From Brachyspira murdochii DSM 12563 (GTDB taxonomy: Bacteria > Spirochaetota > Brachyspiria > Brachyspirales > Brachyspiraceae), in NCBI RefSeq assembly GCF_000092845.1, contig NC_014150.1, positions 1,418,919 through 1,450,918 on the forward strand: 32,000 nucleotides of DNA. The letters are read 5' to 3'. The notes beneath the pieces are model-generated. The model saw nothing but the letters and a program-made list of their open reading frames with translations. It was not told the origin of the DNA and searched no databases. Positions 18,465 through 27,467 of the stretch are shown one piece after another. Both the position numbers and the translations under genes were made by a program. Position 1 is the stretch's first letter. The number at the start of each line of letters is the position of its first letter.

Positions 18465-19589
18465 ATGAAAAAGGTTTTATTAACCGCTATGGCTCTTTTA
18501 ACCATAGCAACTGCCTCAGTGTTTGGTATGTACGGTGCAGATGGTAATGACTGGATTAACTTCCTTGTACATGGCAACCAGTTTAGAGCAAGAATGGATC
18601 AGTTAGGTTTTACGCTTGGAAACGGAACTATTAAGGGTACATTAGGTTTCAAAGCTGACGGCGGCTGGATGGGACAAATCCTTTCTGGAAATAACAGCGG
18701 TGTTCAATTAGATGCTACATTATCAGCAGGTATAGGATACACTTCTGATATGTTCGGTATAGGTGTAGGATACAACTTTACTTATATAGATAAATATTTA
18801 CAGGTACATACTCCTACATTACTACTTAATGCTTTAAATGACAGCTTGAGAGTAGCAATACCTGTACAGGTTGCTGTAGCAGACAATGCTTATGGTAATG
18901 GTACGAAATTTACTGGTGTAGGTTTCAATCAGATAGAATTAAGATATTATACCGGAATAGATGCTTTTAATTTAATAAGGCTAGATTTGAATTATAAAAA
19001 CGGTACTTGGGAAAATAATTCAAGTAAAAGTACTGTTGAAACTTTCGGTATGCAGTTAAGATTATACTTCTTGAATACTCAGGTAGGTAATGTAACTGTT
19101 AATCCTTATATCAGAATAGATTATCATCAGGCATTAAAAGGAAATTATTTAGGTAATGATTTTTCACGTGATTATTTGACAATAGGTGATATGTATAGAA
19201 ATGAACGAGGTTATGCCTTAGGAGAAAATCAGTCTCAGTCAGATATATATGATGTTAGTCCTTTCTATTTGTCTATCAAACCAGTATTATCTTTAGCAGC
19301 AAGCAGTGATACAGTATCTCTTTATTTTGAGCCTGCTATAGGTTATGCTGTAGCTTCTCAAAAACAAAAAGGAGCAGCACAGCAAACAAGCCATGCATTA
19401 ACTTGGGCTGCTTATGCTGAAATGTATGTAACTCCGGTTAAAGATTTAGAATGGTACTTCGAGATGGATGTTAATGGTAATGTAACTGGTAAAACAGGTT
19501 CAGTTGCTAATGTTAATCTTCCTCCGGTATTATTTGAAACTACTACTGGTATTACTTGGTATCTTCCTTCTTTTGGTGCAAATGAGTAA
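18465..19589 (+). CDS. Outer-membrane beta-barrel protein, Brachyspira Vsp/Bhmp39-like (family assignment tentative)
   Basis: The preferred start is the ATG at 18465, 7 nt after AGGAGA (18452..18457), giving the signal peptide MKKVLLTAMALLTIATASVFG. The mature protein is about 350 aa and rich in Gly/Tyr/Asn with alternating beta-strand patterns. The size matches the 39-kDa surface-protein family, but that assignment is from memory and not verified. Confidence 0.6.
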   Translation: MKKVLLTAMALLTIATASVFGMYGADGNDWINFLVHGNQFRARMDQLGFTLGNGTIKGTLGFKADGGWMGQILSGNNSGVQLDATLSAGIGYTSDMFGIGVGYNFTYIDKYLQVHTPTLLLNALNDSLRVAIPVQVAVADNAYGNGTKFTGVGFNQIELRYYTGIDAFNLIRLDLNYKNGTWENNSSKSTVETFGMQLRLYFLNTQVGNVTVNPYIRIDYHQALKGNYLGNDFSRDYLTIGDMYRNERGYALGENQSQSDIYDVSPFYLSIKPVLSLAASSDTVSLYFEPAIGYAVASQKQKGAAQQTSHALTWAAYAEMYVTPVKDLEWYFEMDVNGNVTGKTGSVANVNLPPVLFETTTGITWYLPSFGANE

Positions 19590-19620
19590 TTTTTGCTAAT
19601 TCATAAAGGTTTTATTTTGG

Positions 19621-19653
19621 GGCTTAGACTTTTATAGTTTAGGCCTCTTTTTT
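19621..19653 (+). terminator. Rho-independent terminator candidate after the OMP gene
   Basis: GGCTTAGAC (19621..19629), loop TTTTATA, then GTTTAGGCC (19637..19645): a 9-bp stem including two G-U pairs, followed by TCTTTTTT. Confidence 0.55.
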
Positions 19654-19996
19654 ATTCATTAAAATGCTTTTTAATAAAATTATACTTTAAAACAAAATCA
19701 TTTATTAAATTATTTTATATATAAAAGTTTGTATTTTATTTTTCTTGTAATTATTATAAAGTTTATATTATATTTTTTTATTATAACTTTATTTAATTAT
19801 TTAGTTTATAGTCTCAGTAACTAATAAATTATATCTAAAATGTTAGTAAGCAAATATACCGTCAATCATAATTCCATAAAATTATTTTCATTAAAACTAT
19901 AAAAAAATTCTTAAATTTAGGCTTATTATGCATAAAAAATTTGTTTAACTAATATTTATATATTTTATTTACTTATAACAATTTTGGAGTATAATA

Positions 19997-20932
19997 ATGA
20001 TGCGTAACATAAACAGAATGAACGACTATTTTGTACGCTATCTTTTAGGCTCTTTGGGTAATGAGGATATATTAGAAAACATAGTAAATGCTGTACTTGA
20101 AGATTTGGGCTTTGAAACGGTACATAATTTACAAATAATTAATCCGCATAACTTACCAGAGAATATTAACCTAAAAGAATCCGTACTTGATGTAAAGGCA
20201 GTTACCAAAGACAGCAGAAAAGTTATTATAGAAATACAGCTTTCCGGAAATATAGACTTTTTGAAGAGAATATACTATTATATATCTAAGAATATAGTAA
20301 GCGAAGTAGAAGAAAAAGAGCCTTATGATATAATAAGCGAGGTAATAAGTATTAACTTTGTAGACTTTTATATGGATTTTAATGATAAGGGTAAGCCCCA
20401 CAGATGTTTTAAGCTCATAGATACAGAAAATCAAGAGATTGTTTTGGATATGGTTCAGATGCATATAGTTGAAGTACCAAGGTTTATAAAGGTTGTAAAT
20501 AATGCTGACATAGAGTATATAAAGAAAAATAGAATACTATCTTGGATAGAGTTTTTTACGGCTAAAGATTTAGATAAAGTTAAAGATAAATTAAAGGAGG
20601 TAAATATGATTATGCCTAAAGTAATTAATAAATATGAACGTTTTATATCCAGTGAAGATGAGATGGAAGTTTACAATGCGAGAGATGCTTTTTTATACGG
20701 ACAGACTTTAATGTTAAGAAGAGAACGTGAAGAGGGCTTACAGGAAGGAATAGAAAGAGGAATGGAAAGAGGAATGGAAAGAGGTTTAGAAGAAGGAAGG
20801 AGAGAAGGTATGCAGGAGGGTATAAGAAAAGAGCAAATTACTATAGCCAGAAGTTTAAAAAATGCTGGTATAGATATAAAGATAATCAGTGAGAATACAG
20901 GTCTTAGTGTAGAAGAGGTATTGAAATTGTAA
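19997..20932 (+). CDS. Rpn-family (YhgA-like, PDDEXK_2 / TIGR01784-type) recombination-promoting nuclease / putative transposase
   Basis: 311 aa. The N-terminal NDYFVRYLLG, then ...LDVKA...VIIEIQ..., fits the PD-(D/E)XK core (D...E-x-Q/K) of this family. The Glu/Arg/Gly-rich helical C-terminus (EEGLQEGIERGMERGMERGLEEGRREGMQEGIRKE) is typical of Rpn proteins. Confidence 0.8.
   Translation: MMRNINRMNDYFVRYLLGSLGNEDILENIVNAVLEDLGFETVHNLQIINPHNLPENINLKESVLDVKAVTKDSRKVIIEIQLSGNIDFLKRIYYYISKNIVSEVEEKEPYDIISEVISINFVDFYMDFNDKGKPHRCFKLIDTENQEIVLDMVQMHIVEVPRFIKVVNNADIEYIKKNRILSWIEFFTAKDLDKVKDKLKEVNMIMPKVINKYERFISSEDEMEVYNARDAFLYGQTLMLRREREEGLQEGIERGMERGMERGLEEGRREGMQEGIRKEQITIARSLKNAGIDIKIISENTGLSVEEVLKL
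20606..20932 (+). CDS. Candidate intragenic C-terminal product (108 aa) of the Rpn gene, RpnS-like
   Basis: A perfect AAGGAGG at 20594..20600 is followed 5 nt later by an in-frame ATG at 20606 (M204; MIMPKVINKYERF...). The product would cover the variable C-terminal domain only. Confidence 0.4.
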   Translation: MIMPKVINKYERFISSEDEMEVYNARDAFLYGQTLMLRREREEGLQEGIERGMERGMERGLEEGRREGMQEGIRKEQITIARSLKNAGIDIKIISENTGLSVEEVLKL

Positions 20933-20940
20933 AATAAAAA

Positions 20941-20977
20941 TGCAGCTTATAATTTTATTAATCAGTTATAAACTGCA
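20941..20977. terminator. Bidirectional terminator candidate between the convergent Rpn and esterase genes
   Basis: TGCAGCTTATAA (20941..20952) pairs with TTATAAACTGCA (20966..20977), a 12-bp stem with one mismatch and a 13-nt loop. It is flanked by an A-rich run on the left (U-tract for the minus strand) and TATTTAT on the right. Confidence 0.45.
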
Positions 20978-21019
20978 TATTTATAAATTTAATAAAATAT
21001 TAATGCTAAACAATCAGTC

Positions 21020-22000
21020 CTAAAGATTTAGAGAACTTAAAAACTCTAATTTTCTCTCGCTCTGCTCATTATCTCCTCCCTCATGTCCATTAAATGTATA
21101 AACATTAATAGATTTATCTCCTGCATAATTATTATAAGCAGCAAACACAGTTGAAGGAGGACATAAAACATCCATAAGACCAACTGAAAATAACGCTTTA
21201 ACTTTAGACCTTTTTGCAAATAAAGCCCCATCAAAATATGATAAAGTGTTAAAAACAGTTTTTTCATGCATTCTGTTTGTTTTGCAGAACCTTGCTATTT
21301 CATTATAAGGCAAAGTATCAGTAATAGTGCATGCTCTTTTATAGTCGCATAAAAAAGGAACATCTATCATAGCAGCTTCGATTTTTTCTTTGGTAATAGA
21401 TGATAAACCCAAAACAGCAAGAGATATGCCTCCGCCCTGACTTGTACCGTTTATAGCTATTTTTCCAGTCAAAGAATGTTCTTTTGCAGCCTCTAATGAT
21501 TTAACAGCATCAATGAAAACTCTTTTATAATAATAGTCTTTTTTATCGAGTATACCCATAGTAAGAAATCCGTCTGCATGAGGAGTTGAACCTATAGGGT
21601 CTGGAGTTAATGCCCCATTTCCTCCTTCTGCCCCCTGCCCTCTTACCTCCATTACAAATACACTGTATCCTGCTGAAGGAAAAAGCAAATGTTTAATAGG
21701 ATAATCTCTTCCGCCGCCGTATCCGGGGTAGCACATTATGCATGTTAGCTTTTGATTGTTTTCTGAAGCATATTTAGGTGCTATATACCAGCCGTTTATC
21801 TTATGCTTTAAATATCCGTTAAAACTTACATTCCAAACATCAAATAATTTTAAATGTGTATCTATTAATGTATATTTAGCCTCTGTATTATGATTGTTTT
21901 CTTTTAAAGTATTATCCCAAAACTCATCAAAGTCTTTAGGCTCTTCGGATACACCTTTATATTTATAAAGTTCTTCCAAACTTAAATCAAAAAAAGCCAT
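21020..22000 (-). CDS. Acetyl xylan esterase / cephalosporin-C deacetylase (carbohydrate esterase family 7)
   Basis: 326 aa. It has the N-terminal FFDLSLEELYKYKG...PKDFDEFW block, the nucleophile motif GTSQGGG (GxSQGG), and the C-terminal ...FNGHEGG, all characteristic of AXE1/CE7 enzymes. Confidence 0.88.
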   Translation of the reverse strand: MAFFDLSLEELYKYKGVSEEPKDFDEFWDNTLKENNHNTEAKYTLIDTHLKLFDVWNVSFNGYLKHKINGWYIAPKYASENNQKLTCIMCYPGYGGGRDYPIKHLLFPSAGYSVFVMEVRGQGAEGGNGALTPDPIGSTPHADGFLTMGILDKKDYYYKRVFIDAVKSLEAAKEHSLTGKIAINGTSQGGGISLAVLGLSSITKEKIEAAMIDVPFLCDYKRACTITDTLPYNEIARFCKTNRMHEKTVFNTLSYFDGALFAKRSKVKALFSVGLMDVLCPPSTVFAAYNNYAGDKSINVYTFNGHEGGDNEQSERKLEFLSSLNL

Positions 22001-22470
22001 AATTAAAATCCTTATTAATTTTATAAATGATTGATTTTTAGTATAGTATAATTTCTTTTTTTTTCAATTATATTTTTAGTATATACATAAACAAATATAG
22101 TTTGCCAAATTTTTTAAATATGTGCCCGCTTTTTTGTGCCTATACTAACAGGCACATCTGGAAAAGTCTATATTTTAGGCTAAATTTAATCATTTTATTA
22201 TCTAAATATAAAGCATAGTTAGTACAATTTAGGATTATTTTTACATTTTCACTTTCGGAAACTTTTGGGAAGGCTTGAAAAAGCTTAAGCTTAAAAATTT
22301 TAGTATATAATAAACAAATATAGTAAAAAAACATGTTAAACAAAAAATTATTTTTTATAGCATTATTTTTTATATTATATTTATAAATAAAGTGTAAAAT
22401 TAATAAAAAAAATATAAAAAAATTAAAAATAGCTATATCAATTTTTTTTAAAAGATATATAGTATTTTAC

Positions 22471-22503
22471 AAAAGGGACACCATAAAGAGTGTCCCTTTT
22501 TTT
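22471..22503 (+). terminator. Orphan intrinsic-terminator-like hairpin 50 bp upstream of the first MFS gene
   Basis: AAAA-GGGACAC (22475..22481), loop CATAAAGA, then GTGTCCC (22490..22496) followed by TTTTTTT (22497..22503). It is the only GC-rich stem in a 552-bp AT-rich divergent intergenic region. Confidence 0.45.
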
Positions 22504-22552
22504 ACTTTTAAAAAACTATGTGATAAAAAATAATATTTGTTAGGGTGTAAAA

Positions 22553-23752
22553 ATGATAATCTTAATTTATTCTATGCCGTTTTTAATCTATTTATGTTCA
22601 AGTATATTCAGCACCGTTTTAGTTATTAATGCCTCAAAAATGGGAGCTGCTCCTTTTTTTATATCTATGCTTGGAGTCTCTTACGGTATGGGCATGATGA
22701 TTACAGCTGGAATATTTTCTAAAATAAAAATACCAAAAAAATACTATACCAATTTAATATATATAGAAGCTGTAATGCAAATGATAATATCTGCTTTATG
22801 TCTTATATTTATGCCTATGGAAATGTCTGTTTTTTATTCATTTTTGTACGGCTGCAGTACTACAATATTTTTTGTATGTTTTCAGTCATCGCTTGATATA
22901 GTTTCAAAAGATCTGCCTATAAGATTAAGCGGAGCATTATTTATCTTTTCTTGGTCTTTAGGCTTTGCTGTCGGACCTTCTATTACTGGACTTATATATG
23001 ATATAAATTATAAAATAGGTTTTTATATAGTTATCGCTATGAGTTTTATTATATTTATTTTATTTTATTTATCCAGACATATAAGATTTAAAGCAAACAG
23101 AATAAAAAAATTCGGCGAGCCATTTATGAGAGCACCAAGATACAAGGTATATATAGGCTGGCTTATAATATTTGTAGGTGCTTTGGTGCTTCATACTTTA
23201 AGATTTATGTTTCTTGATTATGGCATCAAAGAGGCTGGACTTTCTGAAGCTAAAGCTGCAACACTTGTAGGAAGTTTATCGGCTTTTATGGCTGTCGGTA
23301 CTTTAGCAGGATCTTTTTATTTAAGATTTTTAGAGAAAAAGAGAGTATTTACAATAGTAGGGCTTCTCACTCCTATAGCTCTAACATTAATATTAATAAG
23401 CAAAAATTTTTATGTATTTATAATAGCATTTATGTTTTTAGGACTTGTAAGCGGATTTGGATACTTTTTCGGGCTTTACTATGCTTTGGCCGACCAAGAA
23501 AACTCAGCTTCAAATGTTGCTGTAAATGAGGCATTAACAGGTGTTGCTGCTTTATTTATACCATTTAGTGTAGGCTATTTAGCCTCTCACTATTCCTACT
23601 TTGCAGGTTTTTTATTTATGATGATAGTATCTTTAATATGCTATATTATAGCAATAGTAATAATGCATAAGAAAAGACTATCTTCTAAAGAAAAATTAAA
23701 TAATAATGAAAAAATAGAAAACATAATAATAGAACAATCAAATATGCAGTGA
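22553..23752 (+). CDS. MFS-type transporter (paralog 1), substrate unknown
   Basis: 399 aa and almost entirely hydrophobic, with about 12 predicted TM segments and a central basic loop (RHIRFKANRIKKFGEPFMRAPRYK). This is the general MFS architecture. Confidence 0.7.
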   Translation: MIILIYSMPFLIYLCSSIFSTVLVINASKMGAAPFFISMLGVSYGMGMMITAGIFSKIKIPKKYYTNLIYIEAVMQMIISALCLIFMPMEMSVFYSFLYGCSTTIFFVCFQSSLDIVSKDLPIRLSGALFIFSWSLGFAVGPSITGLIYDINYKIGFYIVIAMSFIIFILFYLSRHIRFKANRIKKFGEPFMRAPRYKVYIGWLIIFVGALVLHTLRFMFLDYGIKEAGLSEAKAATLVGSLSAFMAVGTLAGSFYLRFLEKKRVFTIVGLLTPIALTLILISKNFYVFIIAFMFLGLVSGFGYFFGLYYALADQENSASNVAVNEALTGVAALFIPFSVGYLASHYSYFAGFLFMMIVSLICYIIAIVIMHKKRLSSKEKLNNNEKIENIIIEQSNMQ

Positions 23753-23789
23753 ATATTCTCTGCTTAAAAACAATTATAGGTTAAATAAA

Positions 23790-24980
23790 ATGATTATTTT
23801 AGTTTATTCAATGCCTTTTCTAATTTACTTATGCTCAAGCATATTCAGTACTGTTTTGGTTATCAATGCTTCCAAAGCAATGGCAACCCCGTTTTTTATA
23901 TCATTAATAGGTGTTTCATATGGTACTGGTATGATGATAAGTGCAAGTATATTCTCTAAGTTTAAAATACCAAAGAGAATATATCCTAAAATATTGTATG
24001 CAGAAGCATGCTCTCAAATAATAATATCCGTATTATGTTTGATATATTTAAAAAATGAGATGGTGCTTTTATATTCATTTTTATTTGGAGCTAATGTAAC
24101 AGCATTTTTTGTATGCTTTCAGTCTTTGCTTGATTCTGTTTCCAAAGATTTGCCTATAAGAATAAGCAGCGGGCTTTTTATATTCTCTTGGACTTTGGGG
24201 CTTGCCGTAGGACCTATTGTTACTGGATTTATATATAAACTCAATCCTAATATAGGTTTTATGATTGTTATAGCTATGAGTATTTTAATATTTACTTTTT
24301 TCTATATGTCGAGGCATTTGCATTTGAAGGCTAATCGTCATAAATGGGAAGAGCCTTTTATGAGAGCCCCAAGATACAAGGTATATATAGGCTGGCTTAT
24401 AATATTTGTAGGTGCGGCTGTACTTCATACTTTAAGATTTATGTTTCTTGATTATGGCATCAAAGAGGCTGGACTTTCAGAATCTAAGGCTGCGATGCTT
24501 GTAGGAAGTTTATCGGCTTTTATGGCTATAGGGGCATTATTTTCTGCATTTTATTTGAGATTTTTAGAAAAGAAAAGAGTATTTACTGTGGTAGGATTAT
24601 TAACACCTGCGGCTCTTACATTAATACTTATTACTAAAAATTTTTGGATATTTTTAATAGCATTTGTATTTTTAGGTTTTGTAAGCGGATTCGGATATTT
24701 CTTCGGGCTTTACTATGCTTTGGCAGACCAAGAAAACGCTACTGCAAATGTTGCTGTTAATGAGGCTCTTACTGGAATAGCTGCTTTAATAATACCTTTT
24801 GCTGTTGGGTATTTAGCTTCTAATTTCTCATATTTCATAGCATTTTTATTTATGATGATAGTATCTTTAATATGCTATTCTATTGCTATATATATAATGT
24901 GGCAGAAAAAAAGAACTGCACTTCTTAAAGAGAAGTTTAAAAAACTTATAGAAGAAGCAGATAAACAGTATGATAAATAA
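23790..24980 (+). CDS. MFS-type transporter (paralog 2), substrate unknown
   Basis: 396 aa, collinear with and highly similar to paralog 1 (for example MIILVYSMPFLIYLCSSIFSTVLVINASK versus MIILIYSMPFLIYLCSSIFSTVLVINASK). A 37-bp spacer separates the two genes. Confidence 0.7.
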   Translation: MIILVYSMPFLIYLCSSIFSTVLVINASKAMATPFFISLIGVSYGTGMMISASIFSKFKIPKRIYPKILYAEACSQIIISVLCLIYLKNEMVLLYSFLFGANVTAFFVCFQSLLDSVSKDLPIRISSGLFIFSWTLGLAVGPIVTGFIYKLNPNIGFMIVIAMSILIFTFFYMSRHLHLKANRHKWEEPFMRAPRYKVYIGWLIIFVGAAVLHTLRFMFLDYGIKEAGLSESKAAMLVGSLSAFMAIGALFSAFYLRFLEKKRVFTVVGLLTPAALTLILITKNFWIFLIAFVFLGFVSGFGYFFGLYYALADQENATANVAVNEALTGIAALIIPFAVGYLASNFSYFIAFLFMMIVSLICYSIAIYIMWQKKRTALLKEKFKKLIEEADKQYDK

Positions 24981-24988
24981 AAGTTAAA

Positions 24989-26791
24989 CTATAATTTAAA
25001 ATACACTAGTTCTTTTTGAATATTATCCGTTCCATTAGCAATATCTCTTCCTAGTTCAGAACTATGACTTGCCAAATTGGAATTTTCCTGAGTGATATTA
25101 TTAAGTTCATTCATAGAGCTTCCTATTTGTTTAACACTGTCTTCCTCCTCATTAACAGAAGAAGAAATATTAACTAATATTTCAAGAACATCCTTTGTAG
25201 ATTTTTCTATTTCTGATAATATATCTAATGAATTTTTTGCCGAACTATTTCCAACATCTATTTTTGATACAGTAGTTTCTATAATACTAGTAATATTAAC
25301 AGCAGCCTCATTAACATTCTGTGCTAAAGTTCTAATCTCAGAAGCTACAACGGCAAAGCCTTTACCCTGATCTCCGGCACGTGCTGCCTCAACTGCTGCA
25401 TTCAAAGCTAATATATTAGTTTGAAAAGCTACATTTTGTATTACTTTACTAATACTTGATATCTCTTTGCTAGATTCATATATCTCATTCATATTATTAG
25501 TAATTTCATTTACAGACTGAACTCCTTTATTTGCAGACTGTGTTACCTCATAACTCATATCTTTAGCTAACTGACAGTTTTTGGCTGTAGATGATATTGC
25601 TGAAAATAAACTTTCAACAGAAGATGATATTTCTTCTACAACTGCTGCTTCCGATGATGTTCTGTTAGATAAATTATCTATTCCAGAGGCTATTTCATTT
25701 GAAGCATTGCTTATTGCCTGTATATTCATTTTTAATTGAGAAACCAAATTATTTATAGCAAACTGCATATCATTAATAGAATTATTAAGATGTCCTGCCA
25801 TACCATTTTTAGCAAGTTCATTTTCTTCAAATTTATTATTAAAATTTCCGTCTTTCATAGAAGTTATAGTATTAATAGCATTATTTAAATTTCTTGATAG
25901 AGGTATGGCTATTTTAGAAACAAGTAAAAACTCCAATAATATTAATATAATAACAACAACTAAAAATGAAAGCATAAGTTTATTAAAGTTATTATAAAAA
26001 TCAGAAGCACTGTCTTTAAATACTAAAAAAAATGGAGCATTATTAATTCTTTTTATGAAAAACCATTCATCTTTAACAATATCAATTTTTTCATCAATAT
26101 TTGAAAAATTATCCTTATACTCTGCAAATATAGGATCATTAAATAAAGTATTATCTTTATTTAAAATATAATCCTTATTGTCATGTGTAATAAATGTACC
26201 GTCCAAATAAACTAAATGAAAATTACAATCAAAATATCTTTTTCCTTTTACTATAAAATCTTCCATATTATCAAAATCTATTCCTACAACTCCCATTAAA
26301 TGTGAATTAGTATAAATAGCTTTGCTGAAAGTAATTGCTATTTTTCCTGATGCTGCATCCAAGTAAGGTGCACTTATTACTATATCATTAGTATTTATTG
26401 CATCCTGATACCAGCCTCTTCCAACATGATCATATGTTCTAGGATGTACTACTAATGTATTAATAAATAATCCTCCGTCAGAATAAGAAATAGTTTCTCC
26501 AAAATATATACTTAAATAATTTTTATATGTTCTTTGTATATTTGTTATAAATCGTCCGAAAGATTCATAATCTGGGATTATTTCTAGATTTTTACTAATT
26601 AAAAGCATATCATCTTTTATAGCATTAATATAATCTTCTGCCACAATATCTATATTCATAGCTTTAGATTTAGTTTCTTCTAAAAATTGATTTTTGTATA
26701 TTGGTTTATAGATAAAATAAATAATTGCTAAAACTAATACCAAAAAAATTATAAATGGTGCTAAAAATTTAATAATTAAATCATTTTTCAT
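24989..26791 (-). CDS. Methyl-accepting chemotaxis protein with a periplasmic Cache-like sensor
   Basis: 600 aa. It has an N-terminal TM segment, an extracytoplasmic domain of about 250 aa, a second TM ([21 protein letters not shown]), a HAMP region, and the highly conserved signalling hairpin [35 protein letters not shown]. Confidence 0.9.
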   Translation of the reverse strand: MKNDLIIKFLAPFIIFLVLVLAIIYFIYKPIYKNQFLEETKSKAMNIDIVAEDYINAIKDDMLLISKNLEIIPDYESFGRFITNIQRTYKNYLSIYFGETISYSDGGLFINTLVVHPRTYDHVGRGWYQDAINTNDIVISAPYLDAASGKIAITFSKAIYTNSHLMGVVGIDFDNMEDFIVKGKRYFDCNFHLVYLDGTFITHDNKDYILNKDNTLFNDPIFAEYKDNFSNIDEKIDIVKDEWFFIKRINNAPFFLVFKDSASDFYNNFNKLMLSFLVVVIILILLEFLLVSKIAIPLSRNLNNAINTITSMKDGNFNNKFEENELAKNGMAGHLNNSINDMQFAINNLVSQLKMNIQAISNASNEIASGIDNLSNRTSSEAAVVEEISSSVESLFSAISSTAKNCQLAKDMSYEVTQSANKGVQSVNEITNNMNEIYESSKEISSISKVIQNVAFQTNILALNAAVEAARAGDQGKGFAVVASEIRTLAQNVNEAAVNITSIIETTVSKIDVGNSSAKNSLDILSEIEKSTKDVLEILVNISSSVNEEEDSVKQIGSSMNELNNITQENSNLASHSSELGRDIANGTDNIQKELVYFKL

Positions 26792-27004
26792 AAGACTATT
26801 TAACCTCTATACAATATATAGTATACTTTATATAATATATAATAGTCATTTATTATGCATAATTCAAGTGTAAAATATTTTTTATTAATTTTATGAAAAA
26901 AAATGATAATTTTATATTAATAATTAAGTATAATATTAGTTTGAGTTAAAAAAACAAAATTATATATTTTTATCCAAGGCATATAGTAGTAAATGATAAT
27001 ATTA

Positions 27005-27047
27005 ATAATACTCATTTATTAAAGTTTAGTTAATAAATGAGTATTAT
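27005..27047 (-). terminator. 16-bp perfect inverted repeat downstream of the glycerol operon (terminator or operator candidate)
   Basis: ATAATACTCATTTATT (27005..27020) and AATAAATGAGTATTAT (27032..27047) are separated by an 11-nt loop. The repeat lies 15 nt after the DUF1667 stop on the minus strand. The stem is AT-rich and is followed by a weak U-rich stretch. Confidence 0.35.
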
Positions 27048-27061
27048 ATAAATAAAAAAAA

Positions 27062-27421
27062 TTAAAGAGCTTCTATATTTCTAGTAGCTACTATGTCCGA
27101 ACCAGCAGCATTATGAAGCACAATATCTCCAATATGAATAGGTGCCTGAACTTCTACAGTTTTTAAAGCCTCTAAACATTCATTAATTCTTGATTTGTCT
27201 ATAGGCTCTTTAGTTTTTACTGGAAGCATTTTTAATTTACCGTTTTTTATTTTTACTATAGAAGTAACCATTCTCACAGGACGAACAACCTCATCTCTGG
27301 CATAAGTGTCTCCTCTTTTGCAGGTATTACCGCTTACGCTTGTAACTTGATTTCCATCCATATCCACAGACAAAGCACAGCCCATAGGGCAGCATATACA
27401 AGTTAATTCTTTTTTTTCCAT
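27062..27421 (-). CDS. DUF1667 domain protein (Cys-rich partner of the FAD-dependent glycerol-3-phosphate dehydrogenase/oxidoreductase pair)
   Basis: 119 aa. It has the N-terminal CICCPMGC...GNTCKRG cysteine pattern typical of DUF1667, and it is the last gene of the glp cluster. Confidence 0.8.
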   Translation of the reverse strand: MEKKELTCICCPMGCALSVDMDGNQVTSVSGNTCKRGDTYARDEVVRPVRMVTSIVKIKNGKLKMLPVKTKEPIDKSRINECLEALKTVEVQAPIHIGDIVLHNAAGSDIVATRNIEAL

Positions 27422-27467
27422 AAAATTACTTCCTTTTATCTTTTAATAGTTTTTAGTTTATAATTAT

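Noticed and set aside
20753-20784. A 12-nt tandem repeat GAAAGAGGAATG x2.7 (ERGMERGMERG) in the Rpn gene could be a phase-variation tract.
   Set aside because: The unit length is a multiple of three, so slippage stays in frame, and the copy number is low. Glu/Arg-rich repeats are a normal feature of Rpn C-termini.
22281-22292. The palindrome AAGCTTAAGCTT (two HindIII-type sites) in the esterase/MFS intergenic region could be an operator.
   Set aside because: It is short and isolated, with no second copy or nearby regulator gene. A chance occurrence cannot be excluded.
20171-22343. Short ORFs at 20171..20464 (antisense to rpn), 21046..21267 (same strand as the esterase gene but in a different reading frame) and 22140..22343 (intergenic).
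   Set aside because: The first two overlap confident genes. The intergenic one has no RBS and a low-complexity AT-driven sequence.
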